From: Bacteroidota bacterium
Lineage (GTDB): Bacteria; Bacteroidota; Bacteroidia; Bacteroidales; VadinHA17
Reading direction: 5' to 3'
Assembly (NCBI GenBank): GCA_030618105.1
Contig: JAUXED010000004.1
Location: 1-52,751 of the forward strand
Length of the DNA: 52,751 nucleotides
The position numbers were made by a program, and so were the translations under genes. The notes under the pieces were generated by a model that was not told the DNA's origin, ran no database searches, and saw only the letters and a program-made list of their open reading frames with translations. This document shows positions 9,237 through 19,348 of this stretch, piece after piece (positions within the stretch are counted from its first letter, which is position 1; each line of letters begins with the position of its first letter).

Positions 9237-10460
9237 TCAGATAAGCGATTTGATACGCTGATCAAGTTTTTCCTGATCCTGTGCAAAAGTGGCAAGTCCT
9301 GCAAGGCTTAGCAGAGTATCAACAGCAAGTTCTCCTTTAGCTATCCTGTCTGCCCACCTTGAATGTTTCGGTATCTTTCCATCTTCTTTTATCCATTTCA
9401 ATTCTTCTTCGGTAAGTTCAGGAAAAATATCACCGCAACCCATATTTCTTGCAATTGCACTAAGTTCTTCACCTGTTGCCGAAACGTTTTCATCTATATA
9501 CCTGGCAAACCTAACTTCTTCATCTTTAACTGCCCAGATAGTGTCAAACCTAAATTTTTTTTCACTATTATTATTAAATTCAGCCTTATAATCAGTATTC
9601 ACCTGCGAATCAAATATCCCGTCCAGCGTATTCCTGCCATCTTTAGCCACTGCAGGAGGAATAGTATATACATTCACTCCTGCCAATAATTTAAGTTGTT
9701 CGGCTTCACGAAGACTGGCAGCTATCAGTTTTGTTTTTACCTGATCTTCAGAAGACAGTTTATTTATCCATCTCTGAGATGAAATAACAGCCTTCTCCCC
9801 TACCCATTTACCGTCTCCAAGCTCATTATCAATCATGTAGGCAGCAATCCTGCCCATAAATACGTTACAATATGATGGTCTTGCTATCAAAGACACCAAT
9901 ACATTAAACCTTGCACTGAATTCAAGTGTAAAATTCACTCTAACACCTGCTTCGCCAAGTTTTCTTGCCCCTAACAGACCGGTTGCTGTAAATGGCACTT
10001 TTACCAGGAAATGATCCGGACAGATATCATAATAACGTTTGCCATACTCCACAATAGCATCAAAGTCATCTGCTGTATCAGTGTGTAGCTCAACACTTAC
10101 CAGTCCGCCAAACTTTTTAACCAAACGTAAGCCATGATAGGCATTCAGGATAAAGGCAATTTCCTTCACCTGTTCATCCGCAGAAAAGTCTTTAACCAAT
10201 TTGCGAAGTTCAGGGATCAGGTTATCATAGATCCCTTTTTGAATCTCATTATTCAGCAATGTATTATTGGTAGTAAGTGCAGACATTTCTTTTGTCCATA
10301 AACCGGAAGCTGATTCCATATCGCCGGTATCAAGCCATATTTCCGTTCCGGCATTATTCAAGTTCTTCCAGAAACTATTACCGGCAGGTTTTATTTTTTC
10401 TTCATTTACTGATTTAAGGATATAATTCCTGATAACCTCATGAACAGAGCTTTTCGTCAT
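9237..10460 (-). CDS. Transaldolase family protein (long form)
   Basis: WLDTGD, TTNN, VSVEL, VKVP (Schiff-base Lys), NFTLEFS, IAASLR. Confidence 0.88.
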   Translation of the reverse strand: MTKSSVHEVIRNYILKSVNEEKIKPAGNSFWKNLNNAGTEIWLDTGDMESASGLWTKEMSALTTNNTLLNNEIQKGIYDNLIPELRKLVKDFSADEQVKEIAFILNAYHGLRLVKKFGGLVSVELHTDTADDFDAIVEYGKRYYDICPDHFLVKVPFTATGLLGARKLGEAGVRVNFTLEFSARFNVLVSLIARPSYCNVFMGRIAAYMIDNELGDGKWVGEKAVISSQRWINKLSSEDQVKTKLIAASLREAEQLKLLAGVNVYTIPPAVAKDGRNTLDGIFDSQVNTDYKAEFNNNSEKKFRFDTIWAVKDEEVRFARYIDENVSATGEELSAIARNMGCGDIFPELTEEELKWIKEDGKIPKHSRWADRIAKGELAVDTLLSLAGLATFAQDQEKLDQRIKSLI

Positions 10461-10746
10461 CTGATTCTTGATTTGGCAATTAAATAATGGATTAAAAAGT
10501 TGAAGATATTAAAAATCCGGTTACATGAATGGTTACACCCGGCAGATGTATCGTGAACTTATTAAAAATTGTCAACACTTGTTAAAATCGGGCAATGAAT
10601 TATAATAATATACCTGGTGCCGGGAGCGGTCAAACCCTAGTTCTCACCTACCACCTAATATTGATAAGTATTTGGGAAATAATTGATAAAATATTTGGAA
10701 CAGAAACGCATTTTGACGAATTTTGTCAAAACGATTTATTTCAAAC

Positions 10747-11334
10747 ATGGAAAGTATTGGAGAATACATCCGAAGGTTGCGTGAAAATAAAGGAGAACCG
10801 TTGCGAAAGGTTGCTGCTTATCTTGATGTTGACCAGGCGGTATTAAGCAAAATTGAGAGAGGTAAACGAAAAGCCAATAAAAAGCAGGTTGTTAAGTTGG
10901 CAAAGTACTTTGGAGAAGATGAGAAAAAAATGCTGATTTTATATTTAAGCGACCGGATATTATATGAGGTACAGGAAGAAGATTATGCAAAAGAAGCATT
11001 AAAGATTGCCGAGGAAATGGTTGAATATAAAGCATATAAGACACTGGATAGGGATAAAATCATTAAACAAATTAAAAACAAGCTAAAACAATTTTCAAAA
11101 GTCAGTAGTGCATGGATTTACGGTTCTTTTTCACGTGAAGATGACGGACCGGGAAGTGATATTGATATTGCAGTAAAAACTGATGAAGGCTTTAGCTATT
11201 TTGATCTTGCTGAAATACAATATCAATTGGAAAATGAAGTAAACAGGAAAATTGATGTTGGATTTATTGACTCTTTTAAACCACACATTTTTAGAGATGT
11301 TGAACCGGATTTAAGACTTATTTATGAAAGATAG
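10747..11334 (+). CDS. Xre-HTH / minimal nucleotidyltransferase fusion (MntA-like antitoxin)
   Basis: N-terminal HTH (LRKVAAYLDVDQAVLSKIERG); YGSFSRE...SDIDI; ATG 10747 preferred over TTG 10723. Confidence 0.85.
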   Translation: MESIGEYIRRLRENKGEPLRKVAAYLDVDQAVLSKIERGKRKANKKQVVKLAKYFGEDEKKMLILYLSDRILYEVQEEDYAKEALKIAEEMVEYKAYKTLDRDKIIKQIKNKLKQFSKVSSAWIYGSFSREDDGPGSDIDIAVKTDEGFSYFDLAEIQYQLENEVNRKIDVGFIDSFKPHIFRDVEPDLRLIYER

Positions 11335-11671
11335 TAAAAAAGAAAGCTACGAAAGATTAATCCATATGCAAAAGGCTGTTAATAAAATTGAAACATTCAC
11401 GACTAATGTCAATAAAATTGATTTTTTAAATGATCAAATCCTTTCAAGTGCCGTCCTGTTTAATTTTACCGTAATTGGAGAAGCTATAATTCATGTGGAA
11501 ACATTTTTATTAGATAAGCATGAATATAAATGGCATAAAGTTAGGGCATTTAGAAATTTAATTTCACATGAATATTTTAATATTAAGCTGGCTGCTGTAT
11601 GGGATATTGTTGTAAACGATTTACCCAAATTGAAACAAGTTATTGAAACAATTTTGGATAAAGAATTTTAA
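11324..11671 (+). CDS. HepT/DUF86 HEPN ribonuclease toxin
   Basis: IGEA...W...RNLISHEY (RX4HXY); overlaps the MNT stop. Confidence 0.92.
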   Translation: MKDSKKESYERLIHMQKAVNKIETFTTNVNKIDFLNDQILSSAVLFNFTVIGEAIIHVETFLLDKHEYKWHKVRAFRNLISHEYFNIKLAAVWDIVVNDLPKLKQVIETILDKEF

Positions 11672-11693
11672 CTCACTAATTAATCTGTGTTTT

Positions 11694-14600
11694 ATGAAAA
11701 AGAATCTGATCCTTATTTTTCTCTTTTCTTTCTTATCTCCTGCAGTTTACAACCAGTCAACTGGTAAAGTAAAAGTATGGAAAGATACTCTTACCCTGCC
11801 CACTTATCTTATTCATAAACCGGATTTGAATCCAATGTTTTTCAGAAACCAGTCATACCAGGGAGCTAGCAGGGTTATTTATCCCTATCCCCTTATGGAT
11901 AACTTTTCTAATATAAAACAGAACAAAACTTATACAGTGCTTTACCTTGAAAACAGGTACATTAAGTTAAGTGTTCTACCTGAAATTGGTGGAAAATTAT
12001 TCTATGCTACCGATAAAACCAACAATTATGAAATGTTTTACAGACAGAGTGTTATAAAACCATCCAATATTGGTATGCTTGGTGCCTGGATTTCAGGTGG
12101 TATCGAATGGTGTGTATTTCATCATCACAGGGCTTCAACATTCCTGCCGGTTGATTATACATTATCAGAAAATAAGGATGGAAGTAAGACAATATGGATC
12201 GGGGAAATTGAGCCGCGGCACCGTATGAAATGGACAATTGGATTAACCCTATACCCGGGAAAATCATTTATTGAAGTGAATATTAAGATGTTTAACCGCA
12301 CAGAGAATGTGAATTCTTTTCTTTATTGGGCAAATGTAGCCACGCATGCAAATAAGGATTACCAGGTAATTTTTCCTCCCTCAGTGAAATATGCAACCTT
12401 TCATGCAAAAAACAGCTTTTCTCACTGGCCGGTAACCAGGGAAGAATACCGGGGTTATGATTATTACATGAATAACATTGATGCATCCTGGTGGAAAAAT
12501 CATCCTAATCCGGTTTCTTTTTTTGCTTATGATCTGAAAGATGGTTTCCTGGCAGGATATGACCATGGCAAAAACGCCGGAACTATGCATGTAGCTAATC
12601 CTCATATTGCTACAGGCGCCAAATTGTGGGAATGGGGTCCCGGTCAGCGGGGTTCAATGTGGGATACAAAAGTACTCACTGACAATGACACTCCTTACGC
12701 GGAACTAATGACCGGAGCCTATTCCGATAACCAGCCCGATTACAGCTGGATTAAACCATACGAATACAAACAGGTAAAGCAGTATTGGTACCCACTGCAA
12801 AAAACAAGAGGAGTAAAAAACGCCAATCAACAAGCTGCTGTTAACCTGTCACTAACTTCGCCTGACACTGTTTTTGTTGCTCTTAATACAACCGGTGAAT
12901 ATAACAACGCAAAAGTCGCACTTGTTATAAAAAACAATCAACACTTCACAGAAATTATAAATATTGCTCCGGACAAACCTTTTATTAAAAACATAAAGCT
13001 ACCGGAAAATATTAATGAAACAGACATCAAAGTATCGTTATATACGGCTGAAAATGAAGAATTAATTTCATACAAACCTGATGATAAGGAATATAATCCT
13101 GAATTACCATCAGAGGTTAAGCAACCTCCCCTGCCCTCAAAAATTAATACTAATGAAGAATTATACTTAACCGGTTTACGTATAAAACAATTTCATAACG
13201 CACGATTGAATGCACTTGATTATTTTCGTGAGGCATTGAGAAGAGATCCCAATGATATAAGGTGTAATATTCAGATGGGAATAGATTATAAGCAGCGGGC
13301 AATGTATAAAGAGGCAAAAATGCATTTCAGAACAGCAATTAACCGCCTTACAAAGGATTATACAAGACCACGAAGTTGTGAGGCACTATATCATTTAGGT
13401 CTGGTGCTGCAAACACAAGGCAAATACCAGTCAGCTTATGATACACTTTACAGGGCTACATGGGATCATGCTTACTATGCTGCAGCTCATTATAATCTGG
13501 CACAAGTAGCTTCCATCAGGAAAAATTATACTGTGGCTCTGGAACATATAAACCGCTCATTAACAACTAATAATAAGAACACCAAAGCTTTGGATTTAAA
13601 ATCGGTCATTCTTAGAAAGCTTGGAAAATATGAAAAAGCAGGTAAGATAACAGAGGAAGTTTTAGATATAGATGTTCTGGATCATTGGGTAAGAAACGAA
13701 CGTTACCTGATAAAAAAGCATACAGACCGGCAAAAAGAAGCGGATAAAGAACTGGCTGAATTAACCTCTATAATGAGGAATTATCCCGATTATTATCTCG
13801 AACTGGCAATCGACTATATAAATTGCGGCTTCTTTGAAGAAGCTTCTGAAGTACTTGAAAGAGCTGTTAATTCAGATAATAAACTATTAAAAAACTATCC
13901 GTTAATCCACTATTATCTGGGTTACCTTAACCTGAAGCAAGACAGAAAGGACCGTGCAAAAACATTCTTTTCCAAAGCCCGGAAACTATCAACTGATTAT
14001 TGTTTTCCTTACCGTCCTGAGACCATCAAGGTATTGAATGAGGTTTTAAAAAATGATAAGACCAATTCCAGGGCTTATTATTACCTGGGTAATATTCTGT
14101 ACGATAAGCAACCCGGAGAAGCTATAAAAAACTGGGGAAAGGCAGTTGGTTTGGATAAATATCTGGCAATTGCACATCGCAACCTCGGGTGGGGATATTT
14201 CTATCATGAGAAAAATATCACCAAGGCAATTAATGCATACGAGACCGCTGTCAAATACAACTCTGTTCAACCAAAGTATTACTACGAACTGGATTTGTTG
14301 TACGAAAGAAATAATACTGCTATTGAAAAAAGACTTTCTGTTTTAACTGATCATCATAAACATGTAGCCGAAAGAGAAGATGCCCTGACACGGGAAATAC
14401 TGGTGCTGGTATTGAACAAAAAATATGATAAAGCGATCGAATACCTGGAGAATAATTTTTTTCATATCCAGGAAGGCACCCGTGCTTTACATGATATCTA
14501 TGTTGATGCCTACCTTTTACGCGGGATTTCATTTTTGAAGAAACAAGATATTGAGCCGGCATTAGACAACTTTCTGAAAGCTGATATCTATCCTGAAAAC

Positions 14601-15062
14601 CATCAGACAGGCCGGGATATTGAGTATGTACGCAACCCTCAAATTTACTATTATACCGGGCTGGTTTATGAAAAAGCCGGTAATCTTCAAAAAGCCCTGG
14701 AGTATTATAAAAAATCCGTCTCATCAGATAAAAGAGAATCGCAATATATGTACTACCAGGCATTGGCATACAAAAAATTGAAAAACAATAGCAGCGCTGA
14801 TATGTTATTTGAAGATCTTATCGGGTTGGGAGAAAAGAAATTAGTTCAACTTGATGAGATTGATTTCTTTTCAAAATTTGGCGAAGGTGAATCAAAACAA
14901 AAACGGCAGGCATCCGCGTATTTCATAAAGGGATTAGGCTATTTGGGGAAAGGCTCATTGAAACAGGCAGGGGAATTTTTTCAAAAAGCAATTCTCTTAG
15001 ATAAGGGACATATCTGGGCAAAAGAGTTTTATGATGAACTTCTGATTGATTTAACCATTTAA
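11694..15062 (+). CDS. DUF5107-like domain + TPR-repeat secreted protein
   Basis: LENRYIKLSVLPEIGGKL, GAWISGGIEW, many TPR-like helices; signal peptide from ATG 11694. Confidence 0.85.
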   Translation: MKKNLILIFLFSFLSPAVYNQSTGKVKVWKDTLTLPTYLIHKPDLNPMFFRNQSYQGASRVIYPYPLMDNFSNIKQNKTYTVLYLENRYIKLSVLPEIGGKLFYATDKTNNYEMFYRQSVIKPSNIGMLGAWISGGIEWCVFHHHRASTFLPVDYTLSENKDGSKTIWIGEIEPRHRMKWTIGLTLYPGKSFIEVNIKMFNRTENVNSFLYWANVATHANKDYQVIFPPSVKYATFHAKNSFSHWPVTREEYRGYDYYMNNIDASWWKNHPNPVSFFAYDLKDGFLAGYDHGKNAGTMHVANPHIATGAKLWEWGPGQRGSMWDTKVLTDNDTPYAELMTGAYSDNQPDYSWIKPYEYKQVKQYWYPLQKTRGVKNANQQAAVNLSLTSPDTVFVALNTTGEYNNAKVALVIKNNQHFTEIINIAPDKPFIKNIKLPENINETDIKVSLYTAENEELISYKPDDKEYNPELPSEVKQPPLPSKINTNEELYLTGLRIKQFHNARLNALDYFREALRRDPNDIRCNIQMGIDYKQRAMYKEAKMHFRTAINRLTKDYTRPRSCEALYHLGLVLQTQGKYQSAYDTLYRATWDHAYYAAAHYNLAQVASIRKNYTVALEHINRSLTTNNKNTKALDLKSVILRKLGKYEKAGKITEEVLDIDVLDHWVRNERYLIKKHTDRQKEADKELAELTSIMRNYPDYYLELAIDYINCGFFEEASEVLERAVNSDNKLLKNYPLIHYYLGYLNLKQDRKDRAKTFFSKARKLSTDYCFPYRPETIKVLNEVLKNDKTNSRAYYYLGNILYDKQPGEAIKNWGKAVGLDKYLAIAHRNLGWGYFYHEKNITKAINAYETAVKYNSVQPKYYYELDLLYERNNTAIEKRLSVLTDHHKHVAEREDALTREILVLVLNKKYDKAIEYLENNFFHIQEGTRALHDIYVDAYLLRGISFLKKQDIEPALDNFLKADIYPENHQTGRDIEYVRNPQIYYYTGLVYEKAGNLQKALEYYKKSVSSDKRESQYMYYQALAYKKLKNNSSADMLFEDLIGLGEKKLVQLDEIDFFSKFGEGESKQKRQASAYFIKGLGYLGKGSLKQAGEFFQKAILLDKGHIWAKEFYDELLIDLTI

Positions 15063-15248
15063 ACCACTTTCGGGGTGAATAACCACCGAAAGGGTTACGA
15101 TTCTAAAACCCCGTCAGCGGTTTACTCGCTCCCACTATCCATTGCACAAACCCCTGCTCGTGAGATATTTCGTTCACTTTGTTCACGAAATGGTTCAAAC
15201 CCTGACGGTGGTTTGGTAGAATTAATGATAATAACCGGTCAGACCGCT
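15061..15248. repeat. REP-like hairpin cluster (AAACCCTGACGGTGGTTT family) with ~73-bp loop insertion
   Basis: Arms 15106-15123 and 15197-15214; homologous to 30602-30678 and 31773-31817. Confidence 0.75.
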
Positions 15249-15592
15249 GAAAAACCACCAGACCTGGCAGGATTTAACTGTTTAGTTATACAATAATAAT
15301 AAAACGAATAGGCTTAACAATTTTGAAATAAATATATAGAAAAAGATTATTACATGAATAGCAAACTGATTTTTCCAGGCTTTTGAAATTGCAACTAAAA
15401 GTATAAAAGAAAAATGAACTGTTTCCAATAATTGATAATGTAAATTTGTCAAAGAACTGTTCTTTACTTAACTTCGTCACCCGGTACCGGCAGGAATATT
15501 ATTCTATCTCAATAGATACAAATATTTTTATTTCTAACTCCGGTTGCAGGTAATAGTAAATAAAAAATATAAATACTCATATTTACATTCAT

Positions 15593-16444
15593 ATGCTGGA
15601 TTTCTTAAATAAATCGTATCCCTTTAATGATGACCCGAAACAAAACCTCAAATTGATCACAGGCATCAGTTTAGGGATGTTCCTGTTCATTCTGTTCTTC
15701 CAGCCGATAGACTTAATGACCACTGACTTCAATAATAAACTTCTTATCATAGCAGGTTTCGGTGGTATCACTTTTTTTTCACTGGTATTAGCACTCATCA
15801 TCGCCCCGTCAGTTTTACCGGGATTATTTCTGCCGGGAAAATGGAATTTTAAACGGGATATTGTTTTAAATGCCTGTATATGGGCGACAATCTCTGTTGC
15901 TTCTATATTCTATGCACGTTATGTCGGGCAAACCAATATCACGTTTTATTCCGTATTTACGATAGTATTTATAAGTCTCGTACCGGTGGCAATATTAATT
16001 ATATCAAACCGGTTTGAAATATTAAAAATAAAACTGCAGGATGCACTTAATCTGAATAAGAAGCCTGACAAAATATCTACCGAAAAAAATGAACCTGTTG
16101 AAATTGAATTTGAATCTGAGAACAAATTTGAAAAAATCAGTCTGCAGTTGAATGAAATAATTATGCTGAGATCTGCCGATAATTATGTTGAGGTTTTCTG
16201 GGAAAAAGAGGGAGAGATAAAAAAGAAACTTATCAGACAGACTTTGCAAAACACTGAACATCAGCTAATAACGTATCCTCAAATTATCAGGTGTCATCGC
16301 ACTTGTCTTTTCAATACAAATTATGTATCCAAACTGAATATCTATCCACAGGGGTACAAATTGAAGCTTAAGTATATTGAAGAAGAAATACCGGTATCAC
16401 GTCAATACATACTTAAAGTAAAGGAAGTACTTCAGATTAAGTAA
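15593..16444 (+). CDS. Membrane-anchored LytTR family transcriptional regulator
   Basis: Four N-terminal TM helices; SADNY, IRCHRT, IPVSR. Confidence 0.92.
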   Translation: MLDFLNKSYPFNDDPKQNLKLITGISLGMFLFILFFQPIDLMTTDFNNKLLIIAGFGGITFFSLVLALIIAPSVLPGLFLPGKWNFKRDIVLNACIWATISVASIFYARYVGQTNITFYSVFTIVFISLVPVAILIISNRFEILKIKLQDALNLNKKPDKISTEKNEPVEIEFESENKFEKISLQLNEIIMLRSADNYVEVFWEKEGEIKKKLIRQTLQNTEHQLITYPQIIRCHRTCLFNTNYVSKLNIYPQGYKLKLKYIEEEIPVSRQYILKVKEVLQIK

Positions 16445-16501
16445 AAAGTTATAAAGTCGAAAGTTGAAAGTCAAAGAGTCTTCAACCTAGATTGGCGAAT
16501 A

Positions 16502-16573
16502 CCACTCACCCCCTGTTAATGCTATTTGCCCCAGACTCCTGATTTTTTATCCCTTTTCAGACCGGTTCATCCC
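16502..16573 (+). promoter_or_regulatory. Four phased direct repeats, probable LytTR operator
   Basis: TCACCCC 16506, TTGCCCC 16526, TTATCCC 16547, TCATCCC 16567 (20/21/20-nt period), upstream of a TAATATTG promoter-like box. Confidence 0.6.
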
Positions 16574-16630
16574 AAAAATTTTTTATGATCGGATTTAGCC
16601 AATAATATTGCGCCAGATCATAAATACGTT

Positions 16631-18121
16631 ATGATGAATATATTATTAGTATATCCCAAATACCCTGATACATTCTGGAGTTTCAAACATGCTTTGAAAT
16701 TTGTTTCAAAAAAGGCGATGAATCCTCCTCTTGGTCTGATCACTGTAGCTTCATTACTACCCGGTGAATGGCAAAAGAAACTCATAGATCTCAATGTAAG
16801 CAAATTAAAAACAAAACACATTCTTTGGGCTGACTATGTTTTTATTAGTGCCATGTCAACACAATTAAGATCAACTAATGAGATAATTAAAAGATGCAGA
16901 CAACTAAAAAGAAAGATTGTTGCAGGTGGCCCGTTGTTTACTGAAGATCCTGAAAATTTCCCAAACGTTGATCATTTGGTTTTGAATGAGGCGGAGATCA
17001 CTCTGCATCAATTAGTAAATGACATAAAGAATGGTTCTGCCCGGAAGCTTTACCAATCATCAGAGTTTCCTGAAATTACTGAAAGTCCTTTGCCCGATTA
17101 TTCTTTACTCAATACCTCAAAATATGCAACACTAAGCATTCAATACACCAGGGGTTGCCCTTTCGATTGTGAATTTTGTGACATTACAGCGCTTTTTGGA
17201 CATAAAGTCAGAACAAAATCTACTAACCAGATATTATCCGAACTTGAAAACCTTTACAATATCGGTTATAGGGGAAATGTGTTTTTTGTTGATGACAATT
17301 TTATAGGCAACAAAAAGATTTTAAAGACTGACCTCCTACCCGCAATGATAAATTGGATGCACACAAGAAACAATCCATTTATTTTTATAACTGAGGCTTC
17401 AATCAATTTAGCAGACGATGACGAGCTATTGGAATTAATGACACAAGCCGGTTTTTCCAGTGTATTTGTCGGTATTGAAACAACCGAAGAAGCCAGTCTT
17501 GAAGAATGTAATAAAATACAGAATAGAAACCGCGATCTCATTCAGAGTGTCAATAAGATACAGGCAGCCGGCATAGAAGTTACTGCCGGTTTTATCGTAG
17601 GATTTGATAATGATCCGCCATCTGTGTTTCAAAGACAGATAGATTTTATACAACAAAGCGGCATCATTACAGCAATGGTCGGCTTGTTAAATGCCCCAAA
17701 AAAAACCCGGCTTTACCGGCGATTAAAAAATGAGGGACGTATAATTTCTGAGTGGTCAGGAAGCAATACCGATTACACTTTCAATTTTATTCCTAAAATG
17801 AATAAAAAAGAACTGATAAATGGTTATCAAAAAATCATACTGGGAATTTATTCATGTAAACCGTTTTATAACAGAGTTTTGCATTTCCTGAAACATTACG
17901 AACCAAAAGTTAAAAACAAAACAAAAGTCCCATTTACAGACTTTATAGCATTTCTCAAATCAATAGTTGTTCTCGGTATTTTTGATTATTCCAGAAAATA
18001 CTATTGGCAAATGTTTTTCTGGAGCCTGTTTAACAGGCCGAAACTATTTCCACTGGCTATCAGATACTCAATTTACGGTTATCATTTTAGAAGAGTATTT
18101 AAGAGTGGAAGAATGGAATAA
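16631..18121 (+). CDS. B12-binding radical SAM protein (DUF4070-type)
   Basis: PPLGLITVA, RGCPFDCEFC (CX3CX2C), FFVDDNF, FIVGFD. Confidence 0.92.
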   Translation: MMNILLVYPKYPDTFWSFKHALKFVSKKAMNPPLGLITVASLLPGEWQKKLIDLNVSKLKTKHILWADYVFISAMSTQLRSTNEIIKRCRQLKRKIVAGGPLFTEDPENFPNVDHLVLNEAEITLHQLVNDIKNGSARKLYQSSEFPEITESPLPDYSLLNTSKYATLSIQYTRGCPFDCEFCDITALFGHKVRTKSTNQILSELENLYNIGYRGNVFFVDDNFIGNKKILKTDLLPAMINWMHTRNNPFIFITEASINLADDDELLELMTQAGFSSVFVGIETTEEASLEECNKIQNRNRDLIQSVNKIQAAGIEVTAGFIVGFDNDPPSVFQRQIDFIQQSGIITAMVGLLNAPKKTRLYRRLKNEGRIISEWSGSNTDYTFNFIPKMNKKELINGYQKIILGIYSCKPFYNRVLHFLKHYEPKVKNKTKVPFTDFIAFLKSIVVLGIFDYSRKYYWQMFFWSLFNRPKLFPLAIRYSIYGYHFRRVFKSGRME

Positions 18122-18153
18122 TATTAATCATTTACGCATTTAATCATTCAACA

Positions 18154-19248
18154 ATGGAAGCATTTCAAATTGGAGATCTAAAAATTCAACTACCCATTAT
18201 ACAAGGAGGAATGGGTGTTGCTATATCACTTTCCGGACTTGCATCAGCTGTTGCTAACGAAGGAGGTGTTGGCGTTATTTCAGCAGTAGCTATTGGCATG
18301 CTCGAACCTGATTATGTTAAGAATTTTCGTGAGGCAAATAAAACTGCTTTAAGGAAAGAAATAAGGAAAGCAAAATCATTAACTAACGGTGTTTTAGGCA
18401 TAAACCTTATGTTAGCTATAACAGATTATGAAGATATGTTTAGAATTGCACTGGAGGAAAAAATTGATATAATATTTATTGGAGCCGGCTTATTCTTAAG
18501 AAAACCTTCCACAATTCCTGACTCACTATTTGAATCCAGTAAAACAAAATTCGTTCCCAAGGTATCATCTGCAAAAGCAGCAAGATTAATTTTCCAGCAC
18601 TGGGCAAACAAATACAATCATATACCTGATGCTGTTGTGGTAGAAGGTCCTCTCGCAGGGGGACACCTGGGATTCAAGAAAGATGATTTGGAAAATCAAA
18701 AATTCAAACTACCAAACCTGATTTCAGAAACCGTATCAGAAATGATGCCTTTTGAACAAAGATTTGGTATTGAAATCCCGGTAATTGCTGCAGGGGGAAT
18801 ATACAACGGAGAAGATATGTATAATATTATGCAACTTGGAGCAAAAGCAGTAAAGATAGGAACCAGATTTGTAACCACCTATGAATGTGATGCCTCAATG
18901 GAGTACAAGGAGAGTTATATAAAATCCAGAAAGAAGGATATAACAATTATTGATAGTCCTGTTGGTCTGCCCGGCAGGGTAATTATGAACGATTTTGTGA
19001 AAAAGATTCAAAACGGATACACTAAACCGGTAAAATGCCCATGGAAATGTCTTAAAACCTGTAATTTCAAGGAAGTCAATTATTGTATTGCCGAAGCCCT
19101 GTTTAATTCAGCAAGAGGCAATATGTCAGAAGGATTCTCATTTGCAGGTTCCAATGCTTACAAGGCAACTAAAATCCAAACAGTAAAAGAGACAATCGAT
19201 GATCTGATTTTTGAGTATAATATGAATAAATATAAATTGGCAATTTAA
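18154..19248 (+). CDS. Nitronate monooxygenase / FabK-like FMN enzyme
   Basis: PIIQGGMG, EGPLAGGHLG, VIAAGGI, GTRF; C-terminal Cys cluster CPWKCLKTC...C. Confidence 0.88.
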   Translation: MEAFQIGDLKIQLPIIQGGMGVAISLSGLASAVANEGGVGVISAVAIGMLEPDYVKNFREANKTALRKEIRKAKSLTNGVLGINLMLAITDYEDMFRIALEEKIDIIFIGAGLFLRKPSTIPDSLFESSKTKFVPKVSSAKAARLIFQHWANKYNHIPDAVVVEGPLAGGHLGFKKDDLENQKFKLPNLISETVSEMMPFEQRFGIEIPVIAAGGIYNGEDMYNIMQLGAKAVKIGTRFVTTYECDASMEYKESYIKSRKKDITIIDSPVGLPGRVIMNDFVKKIQNGYTKPVKCPWKCLKTCNFKEVNYCIAEALFNSARGNMSEGFSFAGSNAYKATKIQTVKETIDDLIFEYNMNKYKLAI

Positions 19249-19348
19249 TAAAGCGAAAAAAATACCTTTAAGGTTTTTCAGAATATTTTTTCTTTCTTTA
19301 AAAATTGAATTCTGAAAAAGATGCCATATTGGTGTTTTTATAAACTTT

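Noticed and set aside
16445-16630. Cobalamin riboswitch before the B12 radical SAM gene
   Set aside because: No B12-box-like sequence is recognisable and the leader is short; the phased boxes fit a protein operator better.
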